Origin: a virus
Taxonomy: Duplodnaviria > Caudoviricetes
IMG/VR virus record: IMGVR_UViG_3300000203_000004
Span: 1-64,000 of that record
DNA: 64,000 bases
Strand: one strand, 5' to 3'
Part shown: piece by piece, positions 1 to 10,366 of the stretch
Numbering within the stretch: the first letter of the stretch is position 1
Layout of the letters: the number at the start of each line of letters is the position of its first letter
Notes under the pieces: generated by a model
Told to the model about the DNA's origin: nothing
Database searches by the model: none
What the model saw: only the letters and a program-made list of their open reading frames with translations
Translations under genes and position numbers: made by a program

Positions 1-1
1 T

Positions 2-217
2 GATGCGGCATGGGGTGCGGCAAGGGGTGCGGCATGGGGTGCGGCAAGGGGTGCGGCATATGGCGCGGCAGTGGCACTCATTGCATGGGACCATTCCGAG
101 AAGTATCTCGACATGACACCAGATGAACTGCGTATATGGGGTAAGTTATCAGATGACCCGGCATGTATCTTATTGCTGCCGATGATTATTGTTTTACAAG
201 AAATGGAGATAGCATGA
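2..217 (+). CDS. 5'-truncated hypothetical protein with AAW/AAR tetrapeptide repeats
   Basis: Frame 2 reads DAAWGAARGAAWGAARGAAYGAA...QEMEIA*; 12-bp repeat ggtgcggca(tgg/agg). Confidence 0.7.
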   Translation, partial: DAAWGAARGAAWGAARGAAYGAAVALIAWDHSEKYLDMTPDELRIWGKLSDDPACILLLPMIIVLQEMEIA

Positions 218-432
218 ACGAACGAATTAGAGAACTTGAAATTGAGGCTATTGCCTATGCTGATAGCAAAGTGCCAGCCAACGACCGCTACAATGACATT
301 TATCACAGCATTGTCCGTGGAAAGTTCGCCGAACTTATTGTGCGGGAATGTGCCGATTTTGTTGATAACGCTATTAGTGATGGCGGCATTGATGGTCACA
401 GTTTGAAAGAACATTTCGGAGTTGAAGCATGA
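214..432 (+). CDS. MNERI-family phage hypothetical protein
   Basis: ATG at 214 overlaps upstream TGA; motifs MNERIREL, KFAELIVREC, EHFGVE. Confidence 0.75.
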   Translation: MNERIRELEIEAIAYADSKVPANDRYNDIYHSIVRGKFAELIVRECADFVDNAISDGGIDGHSLKEHFGVEA

Positions 433-692
433 ACGAACGAATTAGAGAACTTCGGGCACAGTGTGCAGAAGAATCAATTGATGGACCAGGCTATCCTTAT
501 TGGGTAGACCAAGAAAAATTCGCCTTGCTTATTGTGAAGGACTGCCTTGATGCAATTAGAAATGTAGAAGAACAGTTCTTCAATGGGCGTATTGCGACTG
601 ATGATTTTGTAGAAAAGAATCGTTACGCCGAGGGGGAGACGGTATGCCGAATGGTAAAGCACAAGATTGAAATGCGTTACGGAGTTAAATAA
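429..692 (+). CDS. MNERI-family phage hypothetical protein
   Basis: Same N-terminus and KFA.LIV..C core; ATGA overlap. Confidence 0.75.
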   Translation: MNERIRELRAQCAEESIDGPGYPYWVDQEKFALLIVKDCLDAIRNVEEQFFNGRIATDDFVEKNRYAEGETVCRMVKHKIEMRYGVK

Positions 693-946
693 TGAACGAA
701 CGAATTAAAGAACTATTGATTGAATCTAAATTTCCTTTATACGAATTGTATGGACGAGAAATGGATAAGTTCGCCGAGTTGATAGTGAAAGAATGTGCTA
801 GAACCGCGTCAATGTTTTCTGTTGAAAATAAGCGTATTCATCCAGACATCGATCCGAAAGATATGCCGCTGGCAAACCAAATGGTATATCACTCCACGTG
901 TCAGTGTGTTGCCCAGGAAATCAAAGAACTTTTTGGAGTGGAATGA
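692..946 (+). CDS. MNERI-family phage hypothetical protein
   Basis: MNERIKEL...KFAELIVKEC...ELFGVE. Confidence 0.75.
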   Translation: MNERIKELLIESKFPLYELYGREMDKFAELIVKECARTASMFSVENKRIHPDIDPKDMPLANQMVYHSTCQCVAQEIKELFGVE

Positions 947-1090
947 AACGACACTCCCTTCGCGGTAAGGTAACATGGTCGCTGAACTGGCGCAACGGTT
1001 GGATTCGGATCGTCCAGGTGATGATTCGCTGGAACACTCACTGGACTAAACCGTATACTTATTTTTCAATATCTTACATGAAAGCAAAAA

Positions 1091-1387
1091 ATGTCTAAAG
1101 GAACCTGTCCAGTCTGCAACGGAACAACCCGTCGCCCCTGCCCTGATAACCTACGCAAGTATGGACTCTCAAATGGCTGGTATGGCTATGACCAGGCTGA
1201 TGACACTGTTGAATGCCGGAACTGCGGCGCACAGTATATGATGGGCCGACCAACTGGTGAAGTGAACTGCCGACCCGATGGCACTCCTTGCACTCACGAT
1301 TATGATGTGGTGACAGTGAGCAACTGCTACCACAAACACACCTGTAAGCATTGCGGGGAAGTGCATCACATTGACAGCGGAGATTGA
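1091..1387 (+). CDS. Cys-rich zinc-finger protein
   Basis: Three CxxC pairs (CPVC, CRNC, CKHC). Confidence 0.7.
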   Translation: MSKGTCPVCNGTTRRPCPDNLRKYGLSNGWYGYDQADDTVECRNCGAQYMMGRPTGEVNCRPDGTPCTHDYDVVTVSNCYHKHTCKHCGEVHHIDSGD

Positions 1388-1646
1388 AATGGAATACAGA
1401 TTCATTGGACATTGCTATGACGCCAAAGAGAATCACGACAAAGTGTGGGGTGCTATCAATATGGATGAGGGCGCGGACCCGTGGTCATGGAGGTGTAATG
1501 TGCTGACGTTCAGGGGGCGGTCAGGCTGCAATGGAGACTATCTCCTTTGACAATCTAACTGCTGCTCAACGGGCATACGAGAACCTGCGCCATAATGGTA
1601 TGTCGAGTATGACAGTTATCGCGTTATTCTGATTTACCCAAAAACT

Positions 1647-1674
1647 TGACAGGAAATAGTAAAGATGCTATAAT
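1647..1674 (+). promoter_or_regulatory. sigma70-type promoter for nadV-nadM
   Basis: TTGACA-17 nt-TATAAT with extended -10 TG. Confidence 0.7.
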
Positions 1675-1736
1675 GAAGCATAAATAGATAGTAGGAGATA
1701 GACTTCTACTCGTTTCACTTTATATAAGGATTTTAT

Positions 1737-3158
1737 ATGAAACTCTCACAAAACATCATTCTCGACACCGACAGCTACAAAGTTAGCATGTGGAAACAGT
1801 ACCCAGCAGGGACTGAATACGTTTACAGCTACATTTCCTCACGCGGAGGCAAGTACGCAAAAACAGAATTTCTCGGCGTTCAGGCATTTGCCAAACGACT
1901 GGCGAACATTCGCATTACCCAATCAGACATTGACATTGCAGACCGAATCTGGACTGCACACGGTGAGCCATTCAATCGCGCCGGCTGGCAATACATTCTT
2001 GATGTACACAGCGGCAAGTTGCCCGTTCGTATTCGCGCCCCGAAAGAAGGACTTATCATCCCAACCCAGAATGTGCTTTGCACCATTGAAAACACTGACC
2101 CGATGTGTTTCTGGTTGACAACCTGGATTGAAACTCCAGCACTTCGCGCCATCTGGTACGCAACGACTGTTGGTACTACCTCTTGGTATATCAAGCAAGA
2201 AATTCTTAACTACCTGGAGAAATCTGGTGATCCTACTACAATTAGTTTTAAGCTGCATGATTTTGGTGCTCGTGGTGTCTCTAGTTTGGATAGTGCCGGC
2301 ATTGGTGGAGCAGCGCACCTTGTCAACTTTATGGGCACGGATACTATTTCTGGCGTACTGTATGTCATGGATACCTATGGGGATGATGTGGCGGGATTTA
2401 GCATCCCTGCCGCAGAACACAGTACCATCACAAGTTGGGGTCGTGAAAACGAAGTAGACGCATATCGCAATATGCTGAAACAATTCGGCAAGAAGGATGC
2501 GATTTTTGCGTGTGTCAGTGACAGCTACGATATTTACAAAGCCTGCGAAATGTGGGGAACGGAGTTAAAAGATGCTGTTATCGCAAGTGGTGCTACTGTT
2601 GTCATTCGCCCTGATTCTGGCGATCCTGTTGAAGTTGTTCCGAAAATGCTTCGTATTCTTGCTGAAAAGTTTGGATACACCAAGAATATCAAGGGCTACA
2701 AAGTTCTTAATAATGTTCGCATTATCTGGGGCGATGGTATCAATAATGTTAGCCTTAGTAGCATTTTGCGGTGCGTTGTTGATGTGGCAGGGTTCTCTGC
2801 TGACAACATTGCTTTCGGCATGGGCGGCGGTCTGCTCCAACAATGTGATCGTGACACCCTGAAGTTCGCCATGAAGTGTTCTTCAATTGGTGTACGCGAA
2901 GATGTAGATGTCGAATTTATGGGCAACCCAGATACTGAATCTCGTCTGGTATGGCGTGATGTGTTCAAGGACCCGATTACCGATCAAGGTAAGGTGTCGT
3001 TGAAAGGTCGCGTCACTCTGTTCAAGACTGAGACAAGCAAAGAATACTTCACCGGTGTTGAAGATTGGCGCAAGGATGAAATGGAAACTTACTACGAAAA
3101 TGGTGAGCAAGTTTTCACACAGACCTTTGATCAAGTTCGTGCTAACTCAACACTGTAG
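1737..3158 (+). CDS. nadV: nicotinamide phosphoribosyltransferase (NAMPT)
   Basis: DTDSYK, LHDFGARG, SIPAAEHS, VSDSYD, VIRPDSGDP, GMGGGLLQ motifs. Confidence 0.95.
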   Translation: MKLSQNIILDTDSYKVSMWKQYPAGTEYVYSYISSRGGKYAKTEFLGVQAFAKRLANIRITQSDIDIADRIWTAHGEPFNRAGWQYILDVHSGKLPVRIRAPKEGLIIPTQNVLCTIENTDPMCFWLTTWIETPALRAIWYATTVGTTSWYIKQEILNYLEKSGDPTTISFKLHDFGARGVSSLDSAGIGGAAHLVNFMGTDTISGVLYVMDTYGDDVAGFSIPAAEHSTITSWGRENEVDAYRNMLKQFGKKDAIFACVSDSYDIYKACEMWGTELKDAVIASGATVVIRPDSGDPVEVVPKMLRILAEKFGYTKNIKGYKVLNNVRIIWGDGINNVSLSSILRCVVDVAGFSADNIAFGMGGGLLQQCDRDTLKFAMKCSSIGVREDVDVEFMGNPDTESRLVWRDVFKDPITDQGKVSLKGRVTLFKTETSKEYFTGVEDWRKDEMETYYENGEQVFTQTFDQVRANSTL

Positions 3159-3166
3159 GAGTCAAT

Positions 3167-4195
3167 ATGAAACAATATCACACTCTGGTTCTGATCGGTC
3201 GGTTTCAACCGGTACATTCGGCCCACGCTGAGATTATCCGTCGCGCTGCGAAAATGGCAAAGCAAGTTGTTATCATCGTTGGCTCTGCTAATCAACCTCG
3301 GACATACAAGAATCCGTGGAGCAGCAAGGATCGTGAATTGATGCTGCAAAATGTAATCAATGAAATAGACGACACCATGGACGAATGTATGATCCGCGTG
3401 GAACACAACATTGACACCGTGTATAACGACACAGCATGGGCAAGCCGTGTTCAGGCAATTGTAGCGAAGCACACACAACCCGGCAACAAGATCGGCGTCA
3501 TTGGTCACAAGAAAGACGGGTCCAGCTTCTATCTTGATATGTTCCCGCAATGGGCATATGAGGAAGTTCCGCTGATCGAACCGCTGAACGCCAGTAGCAT
3601 CCGTGATCTGTATTTCCGCGCTGATGCCAACATGAACTTCATCAAAGGGGTGGTGCCGATCAGTGTCTATAACATGTTAGTTGCATGGACTGGTCCTGAA
3701 CGCGAACAGATTATTCGTGAACGCGACTTTGTTGAAATGTACAAAAAGCAATACGCATCATTGCCGTATGCTCCCGTGTTTGTGACAACTGACGCAGTGG
3801 TGATCTGTTCAGGTCATGTACTGATGATCAAGCGCCGCAGCGAACCTGGTAGAGGTCTTTGGGCAATGCCCGGCGGCTTCCTCAATGCCTCGGCCGATCG
3901 GAGTGTCCAGGACGCAATGATCAGGGAACTGCGCGAGGAAACTGGCATCAAGGTCCCGGCTCCCGTTCTGATCGGAAGCATTGTTCGGAGTAAAGTGTTT
4001 GATGCGATTGACCGCAGCGCACGGGGCAGGACGATCACGCATTGCTTCCGCATTGATTTACCGAACGGTGATCTGCCCAAGGTGAAGGGATCCGATGACG
4101 CTGAAAAAGCGCAATTCATTCCCCTGGCTGAACTTGATTCAAGTAATATGTTTGAAGATCACTACGAAATTTTGACCACGATGATTGGAGCTTGA
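3167..4195 (+). CDS. nadM: bifunctional NMN adenylyltransferase / ADP-ribose Nudix hydrolase
   Basis: IGRFQPVHSAH (HxGH-like) N-domain; Nudix box GG...RELREETG; GSDDA. Confidence 0.93.
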   Translation: MKQYHTLVLIGRFQPVHSAHAEIIRRAAKMAKQVVIIVGSANQPRTYKNPWSSKDRELMLQNVINEIDDTMDECMIRVEHNIDTVYNDTAWASRVQAIVAKHTQPGNKIGVIGHKKDGSSFYLDMFPQWAYEEVPLIEPLNASSIRDLYFRADANMNFIKGVVPISVYNMLVAWTGPEREQIIRERDFVEMYKKQYASLPYAPVFVTTDAVVICSGHVLMIKRRSEPGRGLWAMPGGFLNASADRSVQDAMIRELREETGIKVPAPVLIGSIVRSKVFDAIDRSARGRTITHCFRIDLPNGDLPKVKGSDDAEKAQFIPLAELDSSNMFEDHYEILTTMIGA

Positions 4196-4460
4196 AATGA
4201 ACGATAAACCGGAATCAGCATACGACAACGAACGGTTGGTGTCAATCTTTGACAAGCAACAACTGGCACCTGAACAAGACCTTGTTTATCGGTTGCGGGA
4301 ACGCGCCCGTATCCGTCGGCAGATTCCAGGTAGGAAGTCTGTAGTAGAGGGAAAGCCAGATCGTATCGCAGACCTGCTGGAGGAAGCGGCAAACGCCCTT
4401 GAGGCGCAGACAAGAAGTGATCCATTGGATGGCCCAATGATCAAAATGTTCCGAGACTGA
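4185..4460 (+). CDS. phage hypothetical protein
   Basis: In-operon ORF; LRERARIRRQIPGRKSV...DRIADLLEEAA. Confidence 0.65.
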   Translation: MELEMNDKPESAYDNERLVSIFDKQQLAPEQDLVYRLRERARIRRQIPGRKSVVEGKPDRIADLLEEAANALEAQTRSDPLDGPMIKMFRD

Positions 4461-4562
4461 TGAAATACATCACTAACAAATATCAGAGTGTTAAGCTGCC
4501 ATATAGTCCCGAACTATTAGAGTGGCTTCAGGACACCTATCCATATTCACAATACACATTAC

Positions 4563-5108
4563 ATGAAACAACCTAAAATAACCGGCGAGTTCCTTAATGA
4601 CTTCTTTGATGCAGTCGATGAAACCAGAAAGAAAGAAAGTATGCTGAAAACAGTAAAAGGTAATCTGATTGATCTGGCTGAACAGGGCGAGTTCAACATC
4701 ATTGTTCAAGGCTGCAACTGCTTTGAGACAATGGGCAGCGGTCTGGCGCGAGAGATTAAAGCACGATATCCTGCCGCTTACGAAGCCGATATTAAGTATT
4801 CACACGCAGGCGACTACAATAAACTTGGTTGCTATTCGGTGATGCTCAGCAAGCGATTCAACATCATTAATTGTTATTCCCAATTTGGATTTGCCCGTGA
4901 TAGTGATGTATTTGAATACGATTCATTCAAACTAATCCTTCAAAAACTTGCTTATGCCTATCCAGGTGGAAAGTTTGGCTTCCCGATGATCGGATGCGGT
5001 CTGGCCGGTGGTGATAAGGATCGCATCGTCGGCATGTTGGAAGCGTTTGCCCGAATGATGGATAAGACTGCGGCAGGCGGCTCGGTTACACTTGTGGAAT
5101 TCGCTTGA
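4563..5108 (+). CDS. macrodomain protein (ADP-ribose processing); alternative start 4641
   Basis: KGNLI, QGCNC..MGSGLA, PMIGCGLAGG macro motifs. Confidence 0.85.
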   Translation: MKQPKITGEFLNDFFDAVDETRKKESMLKTVKGNLIDLAEQGEFNIIVQGCNCFETMGSGLAREIKARYPAAYEADIKYSHAGDYNKLGCYSVMLSKRFNIINCYSQFGFARDSDVFEYDSFKLILQKLAYAYPGGKFGFPMIGCGLAGGDKDRIVGMLEAFARMMDKTAAGGSVTLVEFA

Positions 5109-5162
5109 CAATAAATCAGTTTGGGTGTATAATAGACGCATCTAAACTCTCGGGGAACCGAA

Positions 5163-5705
5163 ATGAAATTGGCATACTTGGGTGCTGCAGGAATAGTCCT
5201 AGTCCTGGGCGTTCAACAATATCAACTGAATCAGATAACCGAAGCCGTTGCTGACATTCAAACCAATCTAAAATTCGTCACACAGTCTGACCGACCTCTG
5301 GCGTCATTCTCTGAAAAAGATGAGGCGTGTCTGGCCAGAAATGTCTATTACGAAGCTGGCAATCAGACCGAGAACGGCAAATATTCTGTGGCTCAGGTTA
5401 CCCTCAACCGATTGAAGTCGGGCCGATGGGGCAGAACAATATGCGAAGTGGTTTATTCCAAGGCGCAATTCAGTTGGACGCTAAAAAAGAAACTGCCGAA
5501 GCCTTCGGGTCAGGCATGGGATGATTCTCGTTGGATTGCCCATCGTGCCTTGCGCGGTGATCAAGTTCCCTCACTGAAAACGGCAATGTTCTACCACGCA
5601 GACTATGTTAAACCGGCTTGGCGTGACCCTGTTGCTAAAATACAACAGGTCGGGGCGCACATTTTCTACGCTCGGGCGAAGACCAAAGCCGAAACCAAAA
5701 GTTGA
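5163..5705 (+). CDS. SleB-like cell wall hydrolase (Hydrolase_2)
   Basis: N-terminal TM; CLARNVYYEA, VAQVTLNR, QFSW, FYHADYVKP, GAHIFY. Confidence 0.9.
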   Translation: MKLAYLGAAGIVLVLGVQQYQLNQITEAVADIQTNLKFVTQSDRPLASFSEKDEACLARNVYYEAGNQTENGKYSVAQVTLNRLKSGRWGRTICEVVYSKAQFSWTLKKKLPKPSGQAWDDSRWIAHRALRGDQVPSLKTAMFYHADYVKPAWRDPVAKIQQVGAHIFYARAKTKAETKS

Positions 5706-5760
5706 CAATAAATCGTTTTGGGTATATAATACTAACATCAACTCGCAAAACGGAACAAAA
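5703..5760 (+). repeat. repeated early promoter + leader cassette (TTGACAATAAATC...TATAATA...ATCAACTCGCAAAACGGAAC), copy 1
   Basis: Near-identical copy at 6000-6059 (+); related copies at 23218-23277, 24794-24853, 25318-25375 (-). Confidence 0.85.
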
Positions 5761-6003
5761 ATGATTGCTCAATCTTCTAAAATCATGCGTGAACTTGCTG
5801 GCAAGGGTGCTACTATGTTCAACGACAAACTTGTCAACGGTAGCCGCAGCTATAAGGTTTGGGGATGGACTTTGCGTGATTATGACAAAGCCTGGGCACG
5901 ACTGCTCCAAGCAGGCATCAAGTCGGAAGTTGTTTATGCCCGTGCGTACTACGACATTCGCGGTGCCCGGATGGTGCAAAACATCCGGTTGCATGTGGCT
6001 TGA
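5761..6003 (+). CDS. early hypothetical protein
   Basis: ATG directly after promoter cassette. Confidence 0.65.
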   Translation: MIAQSSKIMRELAGKGATMFNDKLVNGSRSYKVWGWTLRDYDKAWARLLQAGIKSEVVYARAYYDIRGARMVQNIRLHVA

Positions 6004-6059
6004 CAATAAATCAGTTTGGGTATATAATACTAACATCAACTCGCAAAACGGAACGAAAA

Positions 6060-6371
6060 ATGGAAGCACTTACTGAACGCCAAAAGACTTTGATCGTGAA
6101 CAATGTGGTCAAAGCTTGCAAGGATATCAATGCTCTGAACAAGACAGGCTACAATTTCCTGTATTTGGCCGCCGGCTTTATCGCTCACTACAACCTCGGT
6201 GGGTTCAAGGCTCACTACGAAGATTTTGATCTGGACCGTGACATTCTGCGAAACGCTGCTCCGAACATGTGGCGCAACTTCCGCCCTGGTGAAAAGGACT
6301 ATGAATACTACGCCAGCAAGGCGGATGTGTATCGCATGATCTGCGGTGCATTGGATACCCGCCCTAACTGA
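6060..6371 (+). CDS. early hypothetical protein
   Basis: ATG directly after second promoter cassette. Confidence 0.7.
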   Translation: MEALTERQKTLIVNNVVKACKDINALNKTGYNFLYLAAGFIAHYNLGGFKAHYEDFDLDRDILRNAAPNMWRNFRPGEKDYEYYASKADVYRMICGALDTRPN

Positions 6372-6392
6372 AATTTGACAATAAACCTAAAA

Positions 6393-7070
6393 TCAATTCG
6401 AATTGGATTGACACTTTCTTCCCCGGACAAAGTCATTTCCGGGGCATTCCTCTGCTCTGATTACTTTATCCCCGTTATTCCACCATTTAAGTCGCGCTAG
6501 ACTTTCACTATTTTTACGACGAGCCTCAGGTGACTGCGCTACCCCTTTATTCAATCCTGAGATTTCATTTGTCGCCCAACGCGGATCTGATAGCAGGGCT
6601 TTGATACGCTCACCAGTGCTCACCACCTTAGCAGGAATAGCTGTGTATTCAGGGCGCCTGTTTTGCTTCCGACCTTTTTGACTCGGGGGTTGTATTCCTA
6701 AGCGAAGATTTTGTTCTCGCATAGCAGCCTTCCGAGCCTCGCTCCAGCCACGAAGACCATCGCCTCCTTTAGTTTGATTAGTGAGTGTGCCGGTGCCCAA
6801 ATCTCGGCGACCGATCAGTTCAATTAATAGCTCTTCCAGTTCCCCGGCCTCATCTTTTGTCAACTCTGAATCAATCACAGAGATAACTGGTTCTTTGTCA
6901 GTGAGCAATATCTCCCGTATAGTATTCAGTTTGTGTTTGCCCTTTTGCGGGGTAGGGTGCAGAATGGCCTCTTTGAGGTGTACCATCTTTCTGTTGCCAT
7001 GGCCCATTCCTACATAAAACGGAATCATTGATTCAGGAAAGTAGTAAATGTAGGTATAATAAATATTCAT
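6393..7070 (-). CDS. GIY-YIG-type homing endonuclease
   Basis: YTYIY...PFYVGMGHGNR, GRRDLGTGTLTNQTKGGDG, KWWNNG; antisense to neighbours. Confidence 0.8.
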   Translation of the reverse strand: MNIYYTYIYYFPESMIPFYVGMGHGNRKMVHLKEAILHPTPQKGKHKLNTIREILLTDKEPVISVIDSELTKDEAGELEELLIELIGRRDLGTGTLTNQTKGGDGLRGWSEARKAAMREQNLRLGIQPPSQKGRKQNRRPEYTAIPAKVVSTGERIKALLSDPRWATNEISGLNKGVAQSPEARRKNSESLARLKWWNNGDKVIRAEECPGNDFVRGRKCQSNSN

Positions 7071-7168
7071 ACTTCTATTTATCCCAGGTATGCCATTGGG
7101 ACGGATATTTGACAATAAATGCGAGGTGTGATATAATACTTGTATTGAATCAACAAATGGAGTGAGAA

Positions 7169-7597
7169 ATGTCTACAAACGGAGCAATTGGGGTCGTCAT
7201 AAATGGCAAGATCAAGTCGGTTTATGTTCACTGGGATTCGTATGTTGACGGCGTCGGCAAAAAGTTGCTTGAAAACTACGATCAGGTCCTGGCCGAAAAG
7301 CTTGTCGCTGAGGGCGATATCTCCTCGCTCGGCGCTGATATCGGTCGGAAGCACCCGTTTGACACTTACGATCTGTCTGATGCTGAAAAGTCCATGTATA
7401 AGAACATGACGACCTTCTACAAGCGCGACCGTGACGAGGAAGACGTTGACACCAAGACTTTCAACACAGCAGAAGAATTCCTGGAATACTTCAGCGGCGA
7501 GTTTTGGTATCTTCTGGGCACTGACGGCGAATGGTATTACTCTGAAGGTGATATGAACTGGAAGCGCGTGGACCAGAATTTGGGCCGTGACGCATGA
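7169..7597 (+). CDS. conserved phage hypothetical protein
   Basis: YVHWDSY...G..LLENY; own TTGACA/TATAAT promoter. Confidence 0.7.
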   Translation: MSTNGAIGVVINGKIKSVYVHWDSYVDGVGKKLLENYDQVLAEKLVAEGDISSLGADIGRKHPFDTYDLSDAEKSMYKNMTTFYKRDRDEEDVDTKTFNTAEEFLEYFSGEFWYLLGTDGEWYYSEGDMNWKRVDQNLGRDA

Positions 7598-7797
7598 ATA
7601 AATTTGAACGCTGGTTCCTGAAACGTGTCATCAAGCGCGAGGTGCAACAGGATTATGATCACGATAAAAAGCATATCGCCCTCTATCAGATGATTCGGGA
7701 CGCGCATCGCGCCGAATTCACTGAGGACAATGTGATGACCGCTGATGCGTGTTTGCGTGAATGGTTTGAAGCAACTCAATTTAGGAACAAATACTGA
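7594..7797 (+). CDS. hypothetical protein
   Basis: Overlapping start/stop in operon. Confidence 0.6.
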   Translation: MNKFERWFLKRVIKREVQQDYDHDKKHIALYQMIRDAHRAEFTEDNVMTADACLREWFEATQFRNKY

Positions 7798-8120
7798 TGA
7801 ACGCCGTGCAAGAAACAACGAAATGGGTGGGCGAAGCTCAGCCTAACAATTGCTATCTGATGGACGGCGATCGGATCATGGCTTTCAAGCATGGCAACAA
7901 GGCGCCCTACTACTTCAAAAAGCCGATTCAGATCAGCGTCCGTGGTCGTACATTCAAGCCCGTTGTTCCTAGCCCGTTCAATGTGACGAAAGATGCCGAC
8001 ACAATTGAGGTGACTGGATCAAAGGGTCAGGTTTACACTGTGAACACCGTGGAAAAGACCTGCACTTGTCCTGGATTTACCTTCCGGGCGAAGTGCCGTC
8101 ATGTCGATTCGCTGAAATAA
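7797..8120 (+). CDS. SWIM zinc-finger protein
   Basis: GSKG..Y.V...CTCPGF.FR..CRH. Confidence 0.8.
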   Translation: MNAVQETTKWVGEAQPNNCYLMDGDRIMAFKHGNKAPYYFKKPIQISVRGRTFKPVVPSPFNVTKDADTIEVTGSKGQVYTVNTVEKTCTCPGFTFRAKCRHVDSLK

Positions 8121-8253
8121 CTTGCCACCCCTTGTGTTGCTTCCTGTTTCTAAGAGAAACCTCTGCCATTGTGCCAGCACTCAAGTGGTATCGTGACGAA
8201 TGTGCCCGACTGAAAGCCTTGACAAAAACATCGTAAGGTGTTAAAATAATCAT

Positions 8254-8892
8254 TTAGGAATAAAGGACGCACCATCCTTTGTAGGTCAACCCTCGGTTTA
8301 TCATATCTGAGGTTCCGCCTTTATTAATTCCGTTGCAATGAATAAATACCCATCTATTACAATGTAGCATTTCGCCCGTCTCGACATTAAAGAAGCAATA
8401 TTCTCGGGAATCGAATCTAGGATTGTGCTTATAACTATTGTCTTTGCCGGCGGTGCTCTGTGATCGCCGGCACTTTAACTCAGTTGCTTTCTCCTCACCG
8501 TATAAATCTAAGTAAGATTTGCCCTTGAATCGAACCGATGCATTTTGACCCAACTTAGAGCATACTTCAGGAGTGTGGGTTTTACCAAACATGCCGTTAA
8601 TCTCACCGAAACAACCACCGCCATCTCCCTGTTCTTCTTTCAGGTTAGCCCATTCACTGTTGGACACAACATTCCACAATCGACTATAATGGATTCCCCA
8701 CTCCCTGACTTCCTCTTTGGATAGGCATTCTCGCAAAATTATTGTATCAATTAAATACCCGTGTATCCGCAGATGATTATTCCATCGGGTCCCGGAACCG
8801 TGATACTTTTCTTGATTTTTCTTTTTGGTGTAGCCAAGATACTTCAACCCGGTTATTTTGTGGGTCTTGACATAGAGGTAATAAATACACAT
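8254..8892 (-). CDS. GIY-YIG homing endonuclease with NUMOD3-like motif
   Basis: YLYVKTH...KYLG...Y.GSG..W; NGMFGKTHT. Confidence 0.82.
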   Translation of the reverse strand: MCIYYLYVKTHKITGLKYLGYTKKKNQEKYHGSGTRWNNHLRIHGYLIDTIILRECLSKEEVREWGIHYSRLWNVVSNSEWANLKEEQGDGGGCFGEINGMFGKTHTPEVCSKLGQNASVRFKGKSYLDLYGEEKATELKCRRSQSTAGKDNSYKHNPRFDSREYCFFNVETGEMLHCNRWVFIHCNGINKGGTSDMINRGLTYKGWCVLYS

Positions 8893-9054
8893 GCTGATTG
8901 CTCCTAAATAGCGTCAGAGAGGGCAGAGGGTCGAACTCGTGGCTCTCACTTCTATTTATCATAGGTTGACAGATAATCAGTTTTCTGTTATAATGAATCT
9001 TCAATTAATTATAAGGAACCATATTATGGATCAGAAAGGTAAAAGGTCGGGAGT

Positions 9055-9963
9055 ATGCGTATAGCAGTAGCTTCCGACCTTTAGTGACTTCACCTTGAAT
9101 TTGGTGATATCATTTTGAAAAACGACGAGGGCGCTGATGTCCTAATTTTGTCTGGCGACATTGTGATCGCCAATGACCTCCATGACCACCCTGAGCCAGT
9201 ATACCCGCCGCGTCTATCAGATCGTATCGACCTAGGTCGGCGACAAGAATGTGCTTATCGTTTCAGAGACTTTTTCAAACGTGTGTCGTTTCAGTTCAAG
9301 CATGTTGTGGTAGTCGCCGGTAACCATGAGTTTTATCATGGCAAGTGGGTTGCCAGCCTGGCACATCTACGCAACGAATACATCAAGTTCCCGAATATTT
9401 ACTTTCTGGAGCGCGACACCAAAGTAATTGACGATGTTACCTTTGTGGGTGCAACATTGTGGACCGACTGTAATAAGTTTGACCCACTGACTCTCCATGC
9501 TCTCGGTGATATGATGGCAGATTACTCTGTGATTAGGCACGATGGTCTTGGATACACCAAGTTGCGCCCTGCTCATTCGGCCCATCGCCATCGTCAAACT
9601 TTGGAATACTTCGGTCATGTTCTTGGTGAGAACAAGGACAAGAAATGTGTCATTGTCAGTCATCATGCCCCGTCTTTTCAGAGTGTAGCGGCTGAGTATA
9701 AGAGCAAAGCAACTATGAACGGCGGGTATGCCAGTGATCTGTCAGAGTTCATTCTGGATAATCCACAGATCAAACTGTGGACCGCGGGGCATATGCACCA
9801 TAGCTATCGCTACCATATGGGTGATACTCTGGTTGCGTGTAATCCCAGAGGTTATATCAACCACGAGTCTTGTGCGGACAACTTCAGGTTGAAGTATATA
9901 GACCTGGATAACATGCCATCTCACGACGAGGTTGCCAAAGACTATGACTGGGTTAACCCTTAA
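9055..9963 (+). CDS. calcineurin-like metallophosphoesterase; N-terminus interrupted by in-frame TAG TGA
   Basis: MRIAVASDL**LHLEF, GD, GNHE, SHHAPS, GHMH motifs. Confidence 0.8.
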
Positions 9964-10018
9964 CTAATCTGCCTCGGATAAACGAAGAATCCGGCGGTAG
10001 TTTAGACATACATTCAAA

Positions 10019-10366
10019 ATGAAAATGAAAAAGAAATGGGCAAGTGCCGAAGCAAAGTTCCGCGACACACAGCTTACCGAAAGTTGGAAACAACTGAAGG
10101 AGGCTCATGGTGTAGTTGAAGAAGACCGAAAGCGCCGGAGGGCTATGGCTGCAGCGCCGTATGTTCCTCCCGCACCTTCCATCCGTGAAGCCTCATTACC
10201 ACGCATTCCTAGCAGGGCCACAGCAGGCGGATCCTGTGCGCGTCCTGCTGATAAAGTGTATACAGGAACCGCCGTAATAGGAATCGCCCAGATGGCGAAG
10301 TCTAATGCTGTTCCGGTATTCAGCACACAGGAAATAGTTGATATTGGTAGGATGCGACGAGGTTAA
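10019..10366 (+). CDS. conserved phage hypothetical protein
   Basis: KVYTGT..IGIAQMAKSNAVPVF C-terminal block. Confidence 0.7.
   Translation: MKMKKKWASAEAKFRDTQLTESWKQLKEAHGVVEEDRKRRRAMAAAPYVPPAPSIREASLPRIPSRATAGGSCARPADKVYTGTAVIGIAQMAKSNAVPVFSTQEIVDIGRMRRG

Noticed and set aside
1-70. 12-bp tandem repeat as a non-coding element
   Set aside because: Explained as coding AAW/AAR tetrapeptide repeats of the truncated first ORF
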